Shown in pieces: positions 1 through 9,604 of a DNA stretch of 20,000 nucleotides (position 1 is its first letter; each line of letters begins with the position of its first letter). A program made the position numbers and the translations under genes. The notes beneath the pieces were generated by a model. It was not told the DNA's origin, did not search any database, and worked only from the letters and a program-made list of their open reading frames with translations. Source of the stretch: Vermamoeba vermiformis (Eukaryota). Location of the stretch: assembly GCA_045837725.1 (NCBI GenBank), contig JBEWZL010000162.1, positions 170,776-190,775 on the forward strand, given 5' to 3'.

Positions 1-1
1 C

Positions 2-97
2 TTGAATATCAAAGAACAAACCAATTCCATGATCCAGTTTTGTGCTCGGCAGATCCTGCGCAAAAATTATTATGGGGCAATTTATGTTTCAGTTTGA
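2..97 (+). CDS. Possible 3' end of an upstream gene (LNIKEQTNSMIQFCARQILRKNYYGAIYVSV*), partial
   Basis: Open frame from the window edge to TGA at 95-97, converging on the 3' end of the next gene. No diagnostic motif. Confidence 0.3.
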   Translation: MNIKEQTNSMIQFCARQILRKNYYGAIYVSV

Positions 98-194
98 GTG
101 TCGTTCTAAAGCGTTTATTTAGCTTTCATCAACGAAGCATTTATACAAAAAAGACAATACAAGAAAGTTCATTCGAATGACGAACTTTCCAACT

Positions 195-3100
195 TTACAT
201 CCACTGGCTCTTCATCACATCCAGCAATTCTGTCACGCAACCCTTGATAGTTTCATTCTCCGTGTGATTTGTCCAAGGCTGGAGGGCGGGTCGAAGCTCA
301 CTAACCACTTGATGAGTTACTTGTGTATCGCGTAACAACAGCGTGCCCAGTGTGACAAGTGTCTTGTGCACCGTGTCGTGATCTGCCTGGTTCTTCAACA
401 ACTACAACACCGCATTAGATACGGCCACACCAACAATGAGTTCCTTACCTTAACAGCAAGATTCGCTGCTTTGATCTTCGCTTCTGTATTTTCTCGTGAA
501 GTTGGCGAGTTGAAGAAAATGACCGAGTAGCTAATAGCTAACGTTAGTAAAACGGCGCTAATACATTTGCCAAAAGATACGTACTTCAGCAGGACACTAG
601 CAATAATACTCGCGAGATTCTTGTCGGCAACGAAGGCCATAGCACCACCAACAATCTTGTCCAGAATAACATCTTGGTACTGCAACAAAACTGTGTTAGA
701 TATCTTATAAAAATGACGACTATTGACGTACCAGTCGCAAGCTAGGCACGAAGTCCGTGTGCGCGAACAAATTGGAGACGAACTTCAAGCCCAGCATGAA
801 GTTGATCTTGGAGATATTTTGCTCTACAAGACAGGTTAGTATTACTAATTCTCTAACTACGATATGTATAGACGTACCAGGGACATTGGTGAAATTCAAT
901 AATATCTTCAACAGGTCACGTTCTTGGTTCAAATCAAAATCTTTGGTCATTTCAACGAAGCGCGTGCTCTTCGACTTGAAATAAGCGTCTGTGTACTTCA
1001 TCAGCTGCATAGCTGCATGTTGGTGCAACACTAAGATACGCAAAATATCCAATGCTACATATAAATCGTTAATGGGAGTGCACCTTCGAAAGTGAGAATG
1101 AGATCCACGTACCAGGGAAGACTTTATCAGCGGGCCATTGAAGCAGCTTCCAAATGACGTTCAACTCTTCAGTCATAAAAGTTGATGCCTGCGTGTTCTC
1201 AGCGTACTGTTGCAACGAGGCCACTGTTCGTTCCAAGAATTTAATTTCCGTGGCGTCCAAGGCCATTGCAGGGTTCAATTTGCCAACAGGATCGTTGAAC
1301 GATAATAACTTGGCCAGAATTGCCTCGTACTTTCCTTGACTGTACGTCAGCGGCTTAGCCTACGATTATCAAATGGTTACTCTCGTGCAACTAGATCTGA
1401 AATATTTTTAGCCTTACTTGGAATGGGAAGTGATTGTATTTCTTGTTCATTTCGAGGACGCGGAGCAAAGGATCGCCGGGCTTCAACAAATCTCTAATCT
1501 TTTTCTTGACGATGGCCTCAGGGTGCTCGATGAAGTACTTTTGATTGTTTCGCACGAACAACGCGACTTTAGAGTGCTGTTGAACGAGGTTCTCGCGGAT
1601 GCAAAAGTCCATTGCCACTTGTTCGGGGTTGTCTGTGACGTTAAATCCGAGAGGTCGTTTCAAGCGATTTGAAACTGCAACACTTCTGATCACGTCATAC
1701 TCCCGCTCATCGAGAACGTCTTCTTCTGTTATAGACATGCCCTCGGTCATGTCGGATTGATCTTTTTCTTGTTTTTGTTGGATTTTCGAGAGATCATCTT
1801 TCTGGCGCAAGAGTTTTTCTCGCTTCATTTTGATTTTTTCTAATTGTTTCAAGTCTTGCCTGATTCGTTTCATCTCTTCGGACTCGTTTTCAATGTCCAT
1901 CGGATCATCGTCGCTCGAGTCTGGATCGACGCCCGCTTCAGGATCTTCGTCCTCAACGCCACTCGTGTTAATTCTGAAGAAGCCTTTGCCCGGGATAAAC
2001 ACCATCTTATCGCCCTTTTTAGGACTCTTTTGTGCGGATTCATCTTGTGATTGCAATTGTTGAATGAGTGCCATTAATTTCAATTGATTCTCCATTTCTC
2101 GTTGTCTTCGTTCTGCAAAGGCCACGCGTTAGTTTACGCACCGCTGGTAACAATAGTAATATTTAAATATAAGATACTAACCTAGTAACATCCTCACGCT
2201 GGCTTCTAGTTTCTCTTGTAAGCTTCTCGAGGCCTCGCGATCTTTTGCAATCTCGTCCGAGTCACGCAAATTGTCGTCGTTTGACATCAAACTTTCAATT
2301 TCAGGCATGACCTCTTCCAAATCTGGACGCAAATAATCTTCTATTTTTTCATTCTCGTGTAATGTGTTTTTAAATGCCATATCTAATAGCGGCCAGTCTA
2401 CTTGCTCGCCTGCAGAAAATATTATGAGCATTGATAAACAAATCAAAGTATCTTTTGAATATTACCTTCAAGCATCACTAGTGGCACGTAATGATTTTTA
2501 TAATGCGAGCTCCAAGCTAATGCCAACGGTCTGGCTTTACACTCCTAAAATAGATTACGTTTTCAGTGAATAACGTCAATATTGATGATGAGACATAAGT
2601 ATCCCAAAATGAAAGCCATTAATTACCTGTGCTCCGTGGCGTGTTGGCAAAAATAAGGCGGCTACACCAAGCTGAATTAAAAACGATTAGAACGAGTTTC
2701 TGAAACGGATCTGCAACGAAACAACAAGAATTTTTTCAGAATAAAGAGGCGTTGTTATTTCTGTTATGCACGATCATGATGACCTGTTATTATGCATAAA
2801 AATACGGTGACGCCTCTTAAATATTTAAGAAAATCGAGATCGCAAATTCCTGGTTTTGTGCGGTCCCAAAATTTACGGCAGAACTACAAATATTATATGT
2901 CATAAATAATTTTACATACCTCGCCCATGCCGTAGCGCTCAATATCTTCATCTGAACCGTAAATAATAATTGGTCGTTTCAACACGTTGGCCATCGCAAA
3001 AACGTGAATAAATTGTAAATGTTGACCTTTTTCCGATGCTTGATGTAATATTTGCTCGAATTCTTTTTCTTCATATTTTTCTGCGCTTATTTTCTTATAC

Positions 3101-3414
3101 CACTCAAGATTCGTTGAGAGCTCTTCGTGCAGAGACTTCCTTAATAATTCCCAGAATATCTCTACTCCCCACATGGCACGAGAGAGTGCGTGAAGTAAGC
3201 AGTTACCATCTCCTGTCGTTTGTAGAGGTACCAGCTTAACAGGCATGAACTCTCGGACTTGCTTCGATATAAAATCGATAGTCTCCCATTGCACTATTTC
3301 GAAGAATTTCTCTTGATTATTTTTGACTGATTTTGGCAGCTTGAAGGTTGTATTGGTGGATGGCAGCTCTTTGTGAAGGAGTTTTTGACCGTATTGTAAG
3401 CAGAAAATACACAT
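195..3414 (-). CDS. VCPIP1-like OTU deubiquitinase fused to PFU and PUL domains (PLAA/Doa1/Ufd3-like C-terminus), about 813 aa, 11 exons
   Basis: Exons 3414-2920, 2671-2627, 2544-2466, 2409-2182, 2112-1418, 1359-1113, 1054-878, 823-732, 679-585, 530-449 and 401-195 join in frame through GT..AG introns (2442 nt). OTU Cys box TTGDGNCLLHALSRAMWG and His box LAWSSHYKNHYVPLV. PFU-like YDVIRSVAV..LGFNVTDNPEQVAMDFCIRENL. PUL-like HFPF..AILAKLLSFN, WPADKVFPALDILR, ASVLLNYS and KTLVTLGTLL. Confidence 0.85.
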
Positions 3415-3710
3415 TGGTTTGCTTGTGAATACAAATATATACTAATAAATACAGCACACCTTCTATTTACAATGCGTGTTCTTCTGGCATAAAAAATTCG
3501 CGAACAAGTCTTTGGCAGAAATTGGAATTTCTATCGTGGCTTAACTGCAAAACTTGGCTTAAACTATCTAGCTGCGCTTCGTTGCGGCATTGCTTCCTAC
3601 TTCTCCAAGCAACTACCACGCATGAGAAACGAACAAGGCGTCTGAGGTCCCAGCATTATGGATTAGGTGCGTAGCAATATCTCTTGCTTTGTTTGAGTAT
3701 TAGTGCAGCT

Positions 3711-3787
3711 TTCTTCTATGATGATACAAATTTTACACAGACCTGTTCTGAAAAATAATGAACGATACTGTAAACCTGACGCAAGAA
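3711..3787 (+). ncRNA. SNORD25: Box C/D snoRNA, SNORD25/snR56-like; predicted guide for 2'-O-methylation of SSU rRNA G (yeast Gm1428 equivalent)
   Basis: Box C ATGATGA 3718-3724. Guide CACAGACCTGTT 3736-3747 is complementary to conserved 18S AACAGGUCUGUG. D' CTGA 3748-3751, D CTGA 3776-3779, terminal stem TTCTT/AAGAA. The D'+5 rule points to the first G of AACAGG. Confidence 0.85.
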
Positions 3788-3945
3788 ATAACCCCTCTTA
3801 TTTTTTTGGTTGATGCGATCGTGAATATATTTTCTAATATTTTTTTTCTCAAGTGCAGAGTCCAATCTCGTCGTTTCTTTGCAATGTCATGGCTTTGGTA
3901 AGCTATTTTATTCAAAATTAATTTTTTCAACAACAAATCCGCGAC

Positions 3946-4019
3946 ATAACCTGATGAACTTTTGTACTGTCCGTGTTTCACCTGATTTGAAATGATTACA
4001 ACCCTCAGTACCTGATTAT
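3946..4019 (+). ncRNA. Box C/D snoRNA targeting LSU rRNA UGAAACACGGAC (the U18/snR18 target region, in a shifted register)
   Basis: Box C CTGATGA 3951-3957. Guide GTCCGTGTTTCA 3969-3980 is complementary to conserved 25S/28S UGAAACACGGAC. D' CTGA 3982-3985, C' ATGATTA 3992-3998, D CTGA 4012-4015, terminal stem ATAA/TTAT. Confidence 0.85.
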
Positions 4020-4153
4020 ATTTCATTTATAATTTTTAATCAATTTTTCACGTTGATTTTGATATTAATGTCATCTGTTCAGATCGCCATCGACTTGTCC
4101 TACCAAACCTTGTCGTGCGCCATTCAGACTTGCACAATGTAAGTTATCTACTC

Positions 4154-4222
4154 ATCACAAACACCCGTCAAGATACTTGCGCTCTTCCCTATAGGGCGTA
4201 AGGATAATAGGGTGTGATAGCT
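4154..4222 (+). ncRNA. Candidate single-hairpin H/ACA-like RNA in intron 3 of the host gene
   Basis: Lower stem ACACCC 4161-4166 / GGGTGT 4210-4215. Internal loop GTCAAGATA / GATAATA. Upper stem CTTGCGCTCT 4176-4185 / AGGGCGTAAG 4193-4202. ATA triplet at 4217, 14 nt after the base of the upper stem. Confidence 0.4.
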
Positions 4223-4551
4223 CATCTTGCTCCATCCGTTCCTCTAACTCATGTTTGTTATTACAGGTGCACCTGGCTACAAGGATAAATTCGCTGTTTG
4301 CAGGCTACCATAAGAGAAGCTTTTTGCGGTGATAGCGAACTATGGGCGTACGCGGCACGTTTCCCAAGTCAGCTGACCGTTACCGAGTACTAGTACTACG
4401 TAATAAATCGTACCAATTTAAATTAAAATATCGACTATTTGCCCTACGTTTTGCATTCATCATTATTTTAAATTAATAAATAAAGAAACGAGACTTTTTG
4501 GCTCAGAAACGTCAATCAGGCCAAAATTGCTTATAATTACCTTTAGCCGTA

Positions 4552-5068
4552 ATGGCACCTCCTAGCATCGAGATAGTCAGAAGTTGACTTCAAAATCTTC
4601 GCTTACGACGTATCCGCGCTTAGCTAAGCGGTCTTGATCACTTGCTCGGTCTTGGTGCACCGTAAGAAATTTTGGCAACAATATATTAAAATTAGTGCCC
4701 TCACTGCCGCCGGTGCTAGCTCAATAGTAGCCTATATGTTTTTAGTCAAAGGTCACAAAAACGCTTGGGATTCGCTCGACACCGATCAGATCCACGCAAT
4801 GGTTGCTTATGGCCTAATGATCTTCGGATTATTGGGACACTATAGAACAATGCTGAAATGGTTCCCTTGGACTCGTGTAGCGTTTTATTTCTACAAGCTG
4901 GTCCGATTTTTTCACATCATGTTCTTCATAGTGCAAGAATCAGTTGGCGAGACATTTGACAACATTGCTTTCGTGGCATTTTTTTCAGCGACATTAGAGC
5001 TGCTGCATGAAATGATGTTCGAAGCGGATGCGGTCGAAAAAGAAGTTAAAGTACATCTGCGTCACTAG
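4552..5068 (+). CDS. Small multi-pass membrane protein of unknown function
   Basis: Probable exons 4552-4575, 4624-4661 and 4696-5068 give MAPPSIEILSGLDHLLGLGAPALTAAGASSIVAYMFL... About four hydrophobic segments. AATAAA downstream near 5118. The 5' exons are less certain. Confidence 0.6.
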
Positions 5069-5711
5069 AAGCACTCGCAAGCACACGATATTCAATACCA
5101 CGCGTTGAATAATAATGAATAAATGTCATCTATATATTTGACCAAAATTTGGCACGTTCTGCGCATGTTGGGCTGGATCCACCTTAAGACTTGAAGACTG
5201 TACGTTACGTTTCCGTATCCTTACCAAGTTATCTATATGCGATTAGCTTATCTTACTTAAACTTTGTTAAATGTGGTTATGTTCAAGAAGCCAAGTTGAT
5301 AGAACTGCCATGAAGACGAAGGGACTTGACACGTGTCAAGAACAGATCTTAGATCCCTTAACGCAGCTCTTGAACGATTTTGCAAAGTAATGGTATGAAA
5401 TGAATATATAATTCTTACTAGGATATCGATGCGAAGATAATGCTTCTCAGTTGGATGGAGATCTGGATCGGATTGCACATGAAAAAATCGTTCTTTTTAA
5501 GGAGGTCGGTACATGGGACCAACACGTAATAACATTAATTTGACCATTGTCCACATATTCCTATTGATGATTTTCTTAAGAGAAAAGGGAGACTTCGTGT
5601 TATTTCCCGATTGTTCGCGAACGTCACGGTTGACACTTCGACATAAATATCTTTGGCGCTCATTCTTGCTTCAGTTCGTCTATCATATTGCTTTGATAAG
5701 CAACAAGCAAC

Positions 5712-6736
5712 ATGTATAAGCATATTATTTTTGTTGCTTTAATCGTCGCTTTGGCGGCTGCCCAAACTACGTTGACTCCTGGTTATACTTACCGCTCTTC
5801 AACTTCTTTCAGATCCTGGAGTTATTTCACCCTCCAGTTGTCTGAATCGACAATTAATTATGTTCAGCTCGTCACTAGCGTTGACTCCGTAAGTGATTTA
5901 TTTTTTTATTTCATAATTCCTAAAAATTGAAAATAATTATTTAGGGCACTCCTTTCTATTATGCTAATATTGGATCGTTCCCTACTTTCCAAAGCAACAT
6001 TTGGAAATATGAGAACGTGACCGGAGGTGCCGTTTCGAAGTACTTGTACAATCCGAACATCGATCTGAACACCGGAAACTATTCCAACAGCATCCTTTAC
6101 ATTGGAGTATACGGATATACTAATACCAAGTATGGTTTAACCGTATACACTCAAGGTGAGTGAGAACCAAAGAAATGTCAACGGGTCAAATCTGCAGATT
6201 CATGATCCGTTCTTCGTTAACACTGACTTAACCATTCAATTATAGGCCCTATTACCTTATATGATAGACAAGTCTCGTCTCCTACTTTTCCCATCCCCAA
6301 CACGTACATCTTCTACAAGTTTGTTATTGACTCCGGATTGAGAGCTTTCCAAGCAGTCGTTCTACCTACGCCCTATCAAAACAACTACTACTTCTATATG
6401 AGCAATTCTACTTCTTTATACCCGGTCTATCGTGGCAAATATCAATACAGCGGTAGTTCTTACAACTTCCAAACTTTTTGCCTGTCCATCAATTATCCTT
6501 ACCCTGGTAATTAATCAATATAATAACGCCCTTAAATATATTAACACTTCAAATAACAATCGCTAATTATTGCTCAATTTAGGCACTTATCGCTTGGGCC
6601 TCAGCACCAGCTACGGCAACTACTCGATCCAGTTTGTTGAGAACGGCTTGGGAACTTGCAGTACGTACTAGACACAATAGTTCACTAACGAGGGTTAACT
6701 AATCGCTGTTTTCAACTTACAGAGATCGAAAATTAG
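5712..6736 (+). CDS. Secreted protein with two tandem PPC-like (pre-peptidase C-terminal) beta-sandwich domains
   Basis: Signal peptide MYKHIIFVALIVALAAA. Five in-frame exons (5712-5888, 5945-6155, 6246-6506, 6583-6661, 6723-6736). Motifs WSYFTL, GTPFYYANIGSFPT, LYIGVYGYTNTKYGLTV and a second copy ending PGTYRLGLS..YSIQF. Confidence 0.7.
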
Positions 6737-6886
6737 ACCGAATTCTCATAATTTTTAGCCAGATCCTCTACGTTCTTTCAGCAAATCATAAATAGGCCTT
6801 TACCTTACTATTAGTGTGGCAGTGTAATTTGATGAAGCATAAATGCTTTCACAAAGCGCCAACGAGAACTGGTTTTAGGGTTATGT

Positions 6887-7489
6887 TCATACAGTACCAA
6901 GCCGTACCATATATCTACGCTTCTTTTTCATATTTCGTGATTCGGTTTGCAATTTCCGTTCTACGTACCTGCCCTCAGTCTTCGAGTCACGTGGTCTGTC
7001 ACTTCGTTCTCGCGATGATCTTCGCTCGCCAGATCGTTCAGCTGCAATGAAAATATGACGTTAGTAAGTGACCCGATCAAGCTCTATTAGGGCACTACTT
7101 ACGCGGTCTGTGGTCTCGTCTTTCACGTCTGTCATCTTCACGTTCTCTGAAAGGCTCGCCTCCAGCTAAGGACATTGCGGTTAGTGCATGTCATTCAAAA
7201 TCATGGCTTGGTACTTACGAGGGAAATGCATGCCAGGGGGTGGAGGGCCACGGAATGGCGGCATGCCAGGAGGTGGTCCGCGGCTGTCGCCGCGCATGAA
7301 AGGTGGTGGAGGTCCGCCTCGGAAGCCACGTGGTGGAATGCCCATTGGTCCTGGCATCATGCCTGGCGGGAACTGGCCTGGGAAGTGTGGCATGCCCGGG
7401 GCTAAAATGAAGATTTAGATTTAATACTTTATTGAACTAATCGTGCGGGTTAAACATCGCCATGTTTTCTGGCGCGATCTGTTCATCAT
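6887..7489 (-). CDS. Short low-complexity Pro/Gly/Met-rich then RD/RE/RS-rich protein, possibly an RNA-processing factor; ends uncertain
   Basis: Exon 7401-7219 (PGMPHFPGQFPPGMMPGPMGIPPRGFRGGPPPP...) splices in frame to PGGEPFREREDDRRERRDHRP and PERSGERRSSRERSDRPRDSK through canonical introns. Confidence 0.6.
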
Positions 7490-7595
7490 TTTGTTTTTCG
7501 TCGGTCTGTCAGATACGACAGCTTATTAACTTATAGTAACCTTGCGTTTACGATAGTGTATTGTATATAGTTATATTAATTGAATACGCACAAGC

Positions 7596-9240
7596 ATGTT
7601 ACAAACATTAAAACGATTGGTGAGCCAATCTGCAACGGTAAGTGACTGTTACAAGCCTTTTGCAATTTACTAATTAAAATAGTACAATAATTATACTACT
7701 TAATTTCACAATAGGCGTTTAATATTAGTATTTCTGGCATCTTTTTCAATTTGCGTTTATAATTAATTAAAATTGACACCAACCGGCTATCGCTGTACCT
7801 GGACGAATTATGCTAGATATGTAATATATATTTTATAGTAATTAAATCGAATTTTTAGGCGCGTTGCTTTGGTAGAACGACCAAATCTCCTTGCTCGCGA
7901 TCCCTTCTCTTCATCCACAGCAAAAGACGCTATACAACCGAAAAAACTGAAGCACAAAAAACACAGCTTGATGAAGTAGAAAAAGCTAGAGCCATATTAG
8001 AGTCCAGAAAGTCCGGCACATTTACCACAGTAGATCTGCGAGTAAGTTCATTCAACCCATTAGGCCAGGTCTAAAATCATTAAATAATATATATATTATA
8101 TACCTTCTATATGTTCTCCATACTGACGTGTGCTTTTAAGATTTCACGCACTCAGACGATAGATCCAGAGAGCACAGGACCACCATTGTTCGGCTCATTA
8201 ATGCCCTATGTGCTGATGGCACGTAAGCCTGGTGTGCCCGTAATCGCTCTGCGCAAGGACGAGAAACATTATAGCAACATTCAGACCGTGGCCAAGTCAT
8301 CTCTAACAGTACGGAAGCCACCTCATCGGCTCGCGAGTTTAGTACTCACTTTATTATTGACAGGTATTTCCTTTAACGCCACCGAACATCAATCCGTCGC
8401 TATTACCACTGCCAAAGGTCAATATCGTTGGGGATTTAAAGATTGTGTTGGATCGAGATGAGATTGAACCAATGATCGATCGGTACGACGAAGTGCACAA
8501 AGGCTCGAGAAAGTTTGTATCAGACTCAGAAGTGTTCGAGTTCTACGAGTTTGAGCCATCAGATGCGTACTACGTGCGAAGGTAATATCCCACAAATAAG
8601 ATAGTCGCGTGCTCCATTCATGAATCGTACTAACCACCTTGCAGTACTGGAGATAATGTGCAGTTCACGGGAAAACAATTTACTATGGTAAGTTGCGATA
8701 TTAATCGAAATAGTAAGGCGGTTGTTGAAGAGTTTAAAAAAACAGGCGCCATCTGATCCCATCGCGCGCCAATCAAGAGTTCTTATCGACAAGATCAACA
8801 ACAATTATGCCGAAGAGTTGAAGAAGATGTGCAAGGAATACGGAGATACCGACGTTGATGAAGTGTTTGTGTTCGGGCTCGATCGGTTGGGATTCGATTT
8901 GATGGGCCGGTACGTAATATCTTGATTTCATATTAGTGAATTGATCCATGTGCGCACGAACCTCTATTAATTAATTCAATCTGTGTGAGCTATTTTGCGC
9001 AATAGCAATGCAACGGATGGAGGTGAAACAATTCACTCAAAACTCCGCCACGTCATCGCCCACTTGAACCATGGTATTAATTCTTTCATAATTAGTGTTT
9101 CTGAGGGCAGTTGGTTGGAGTTTAGGTTCCCTCTCCCGTCTGAGATCACAAACATCGGAGATTACGAGGCATCGTTAGAACAGTCGTTACAGAAGATGCG
9201 ACCTTCTACCGGCACGCCTTTCACCAATAAAGCTAAGTAA
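7596..9240 (+). CDS. HugZ/HOZ-like PNPOx-family split-barrel protein with a C-terminal DUF2470/GluTR-binding-like domain; probable mitochondrial presequence
   Basis: Arg/Ser-rich, acid-free N-terminus (MLQTLKRLVSQSATARCFGRTT..RRY). Motifs EKARAILESRKSGTFTTV, FGSLMPYV, HYSNI..SSLTV, PKVNIVGDL, DPIARQSRVLIDKINNNYAEEL, GLDRLGFDL and EFRFP. Multi-exon. Confidence 0.75.
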
Positions 9241-9604
9241 TCATTACTGAATTAAATTAGATGGTTGCAATCCTTGGTTTTCCAAAATCGGACAGATTGG
9301 TCGGGCCATCAAAGCCTGCATTACTACCAACGCCACCCTACAAATCTTGATTCTTACAAAGTGCCGCGATTGCAGAAAAGTAATTTTTGTTCGATGACGT
9401 AAGCAATAGATTTTATCAAATCGTTGCACAAATTTAGTTTGATCAGATCGGGAAAATTTCGTTTTACCAATCTAAAAGCGCTCCAAACAACACTCCTCGC
9501 TTGTTTTTAACATGTTTACGCAGCAGATACTCCCCGATCATACATCATCTTTAAAAACGGTGATTTTTCTTGTCCGATCCTTTTGTGGGCTAGTGACGTG
9601 GCGA

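Larger units (their letters stand above)
3500..4480 (+). ncRNA. Spliced non-coding snoRNA host gene (UHG/GAS5-like organisation); ends approximate
   Basis: GT..AG introns at 3667-3858, 3898-4082 and 4139-4266 flank short exons 3859-3897 and 4083-4138. ATG-initiated ORFs traced across the spliced exons are at most about 28 codons. AATAAA at 4402 and about 4475. Introns 1 and 2 contain C/D snoRNAs. Confidence 0.7.

Noticed and set aside
2855-2885. Sm-site-like AAATTTTGGG followed by a hairpin on the minus strand
   Set aside because: Only about 40 nt from the 5' splice site, leaving no room for an snRNA body, and no U1-U12 signature.
3733-4026. 97-aa minus-strand ORF
   Set aside because: It is antisense to the two snoRNAs and the host-gene splice sites, and has no recognisable motif.
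3890-4288. 28-codon spliced ORF (MALIAIDLSYQ...) in the snoRNA host exons
   Set aside because: It is short, preceded by upstream ATG-stop pairs and has no motif, which is typical of non-coding hosts.
5150-5710. ORFs 5257-5478 (-), 5513-5719 (+), 5535-5723 (-) and a possible spliced + strand ORF from 5271
   Set aside because: I could not build a consistent exon chain or find a motif. It may be a promoter or a decayed gene. The TTGATGA at about 5564 has no matching D box.
7175-7418. Plus-strand Gly-rich and Trp-rich ORFs
   Set aside because: Antisense shadows of the Pro-rich minus-strand exon.
7440-7489. Minus-strand ATGATGA as a possible snoRNA box C
   Set aside because: No canonical CTGA D box downstream and no recognisable rRNA complement.
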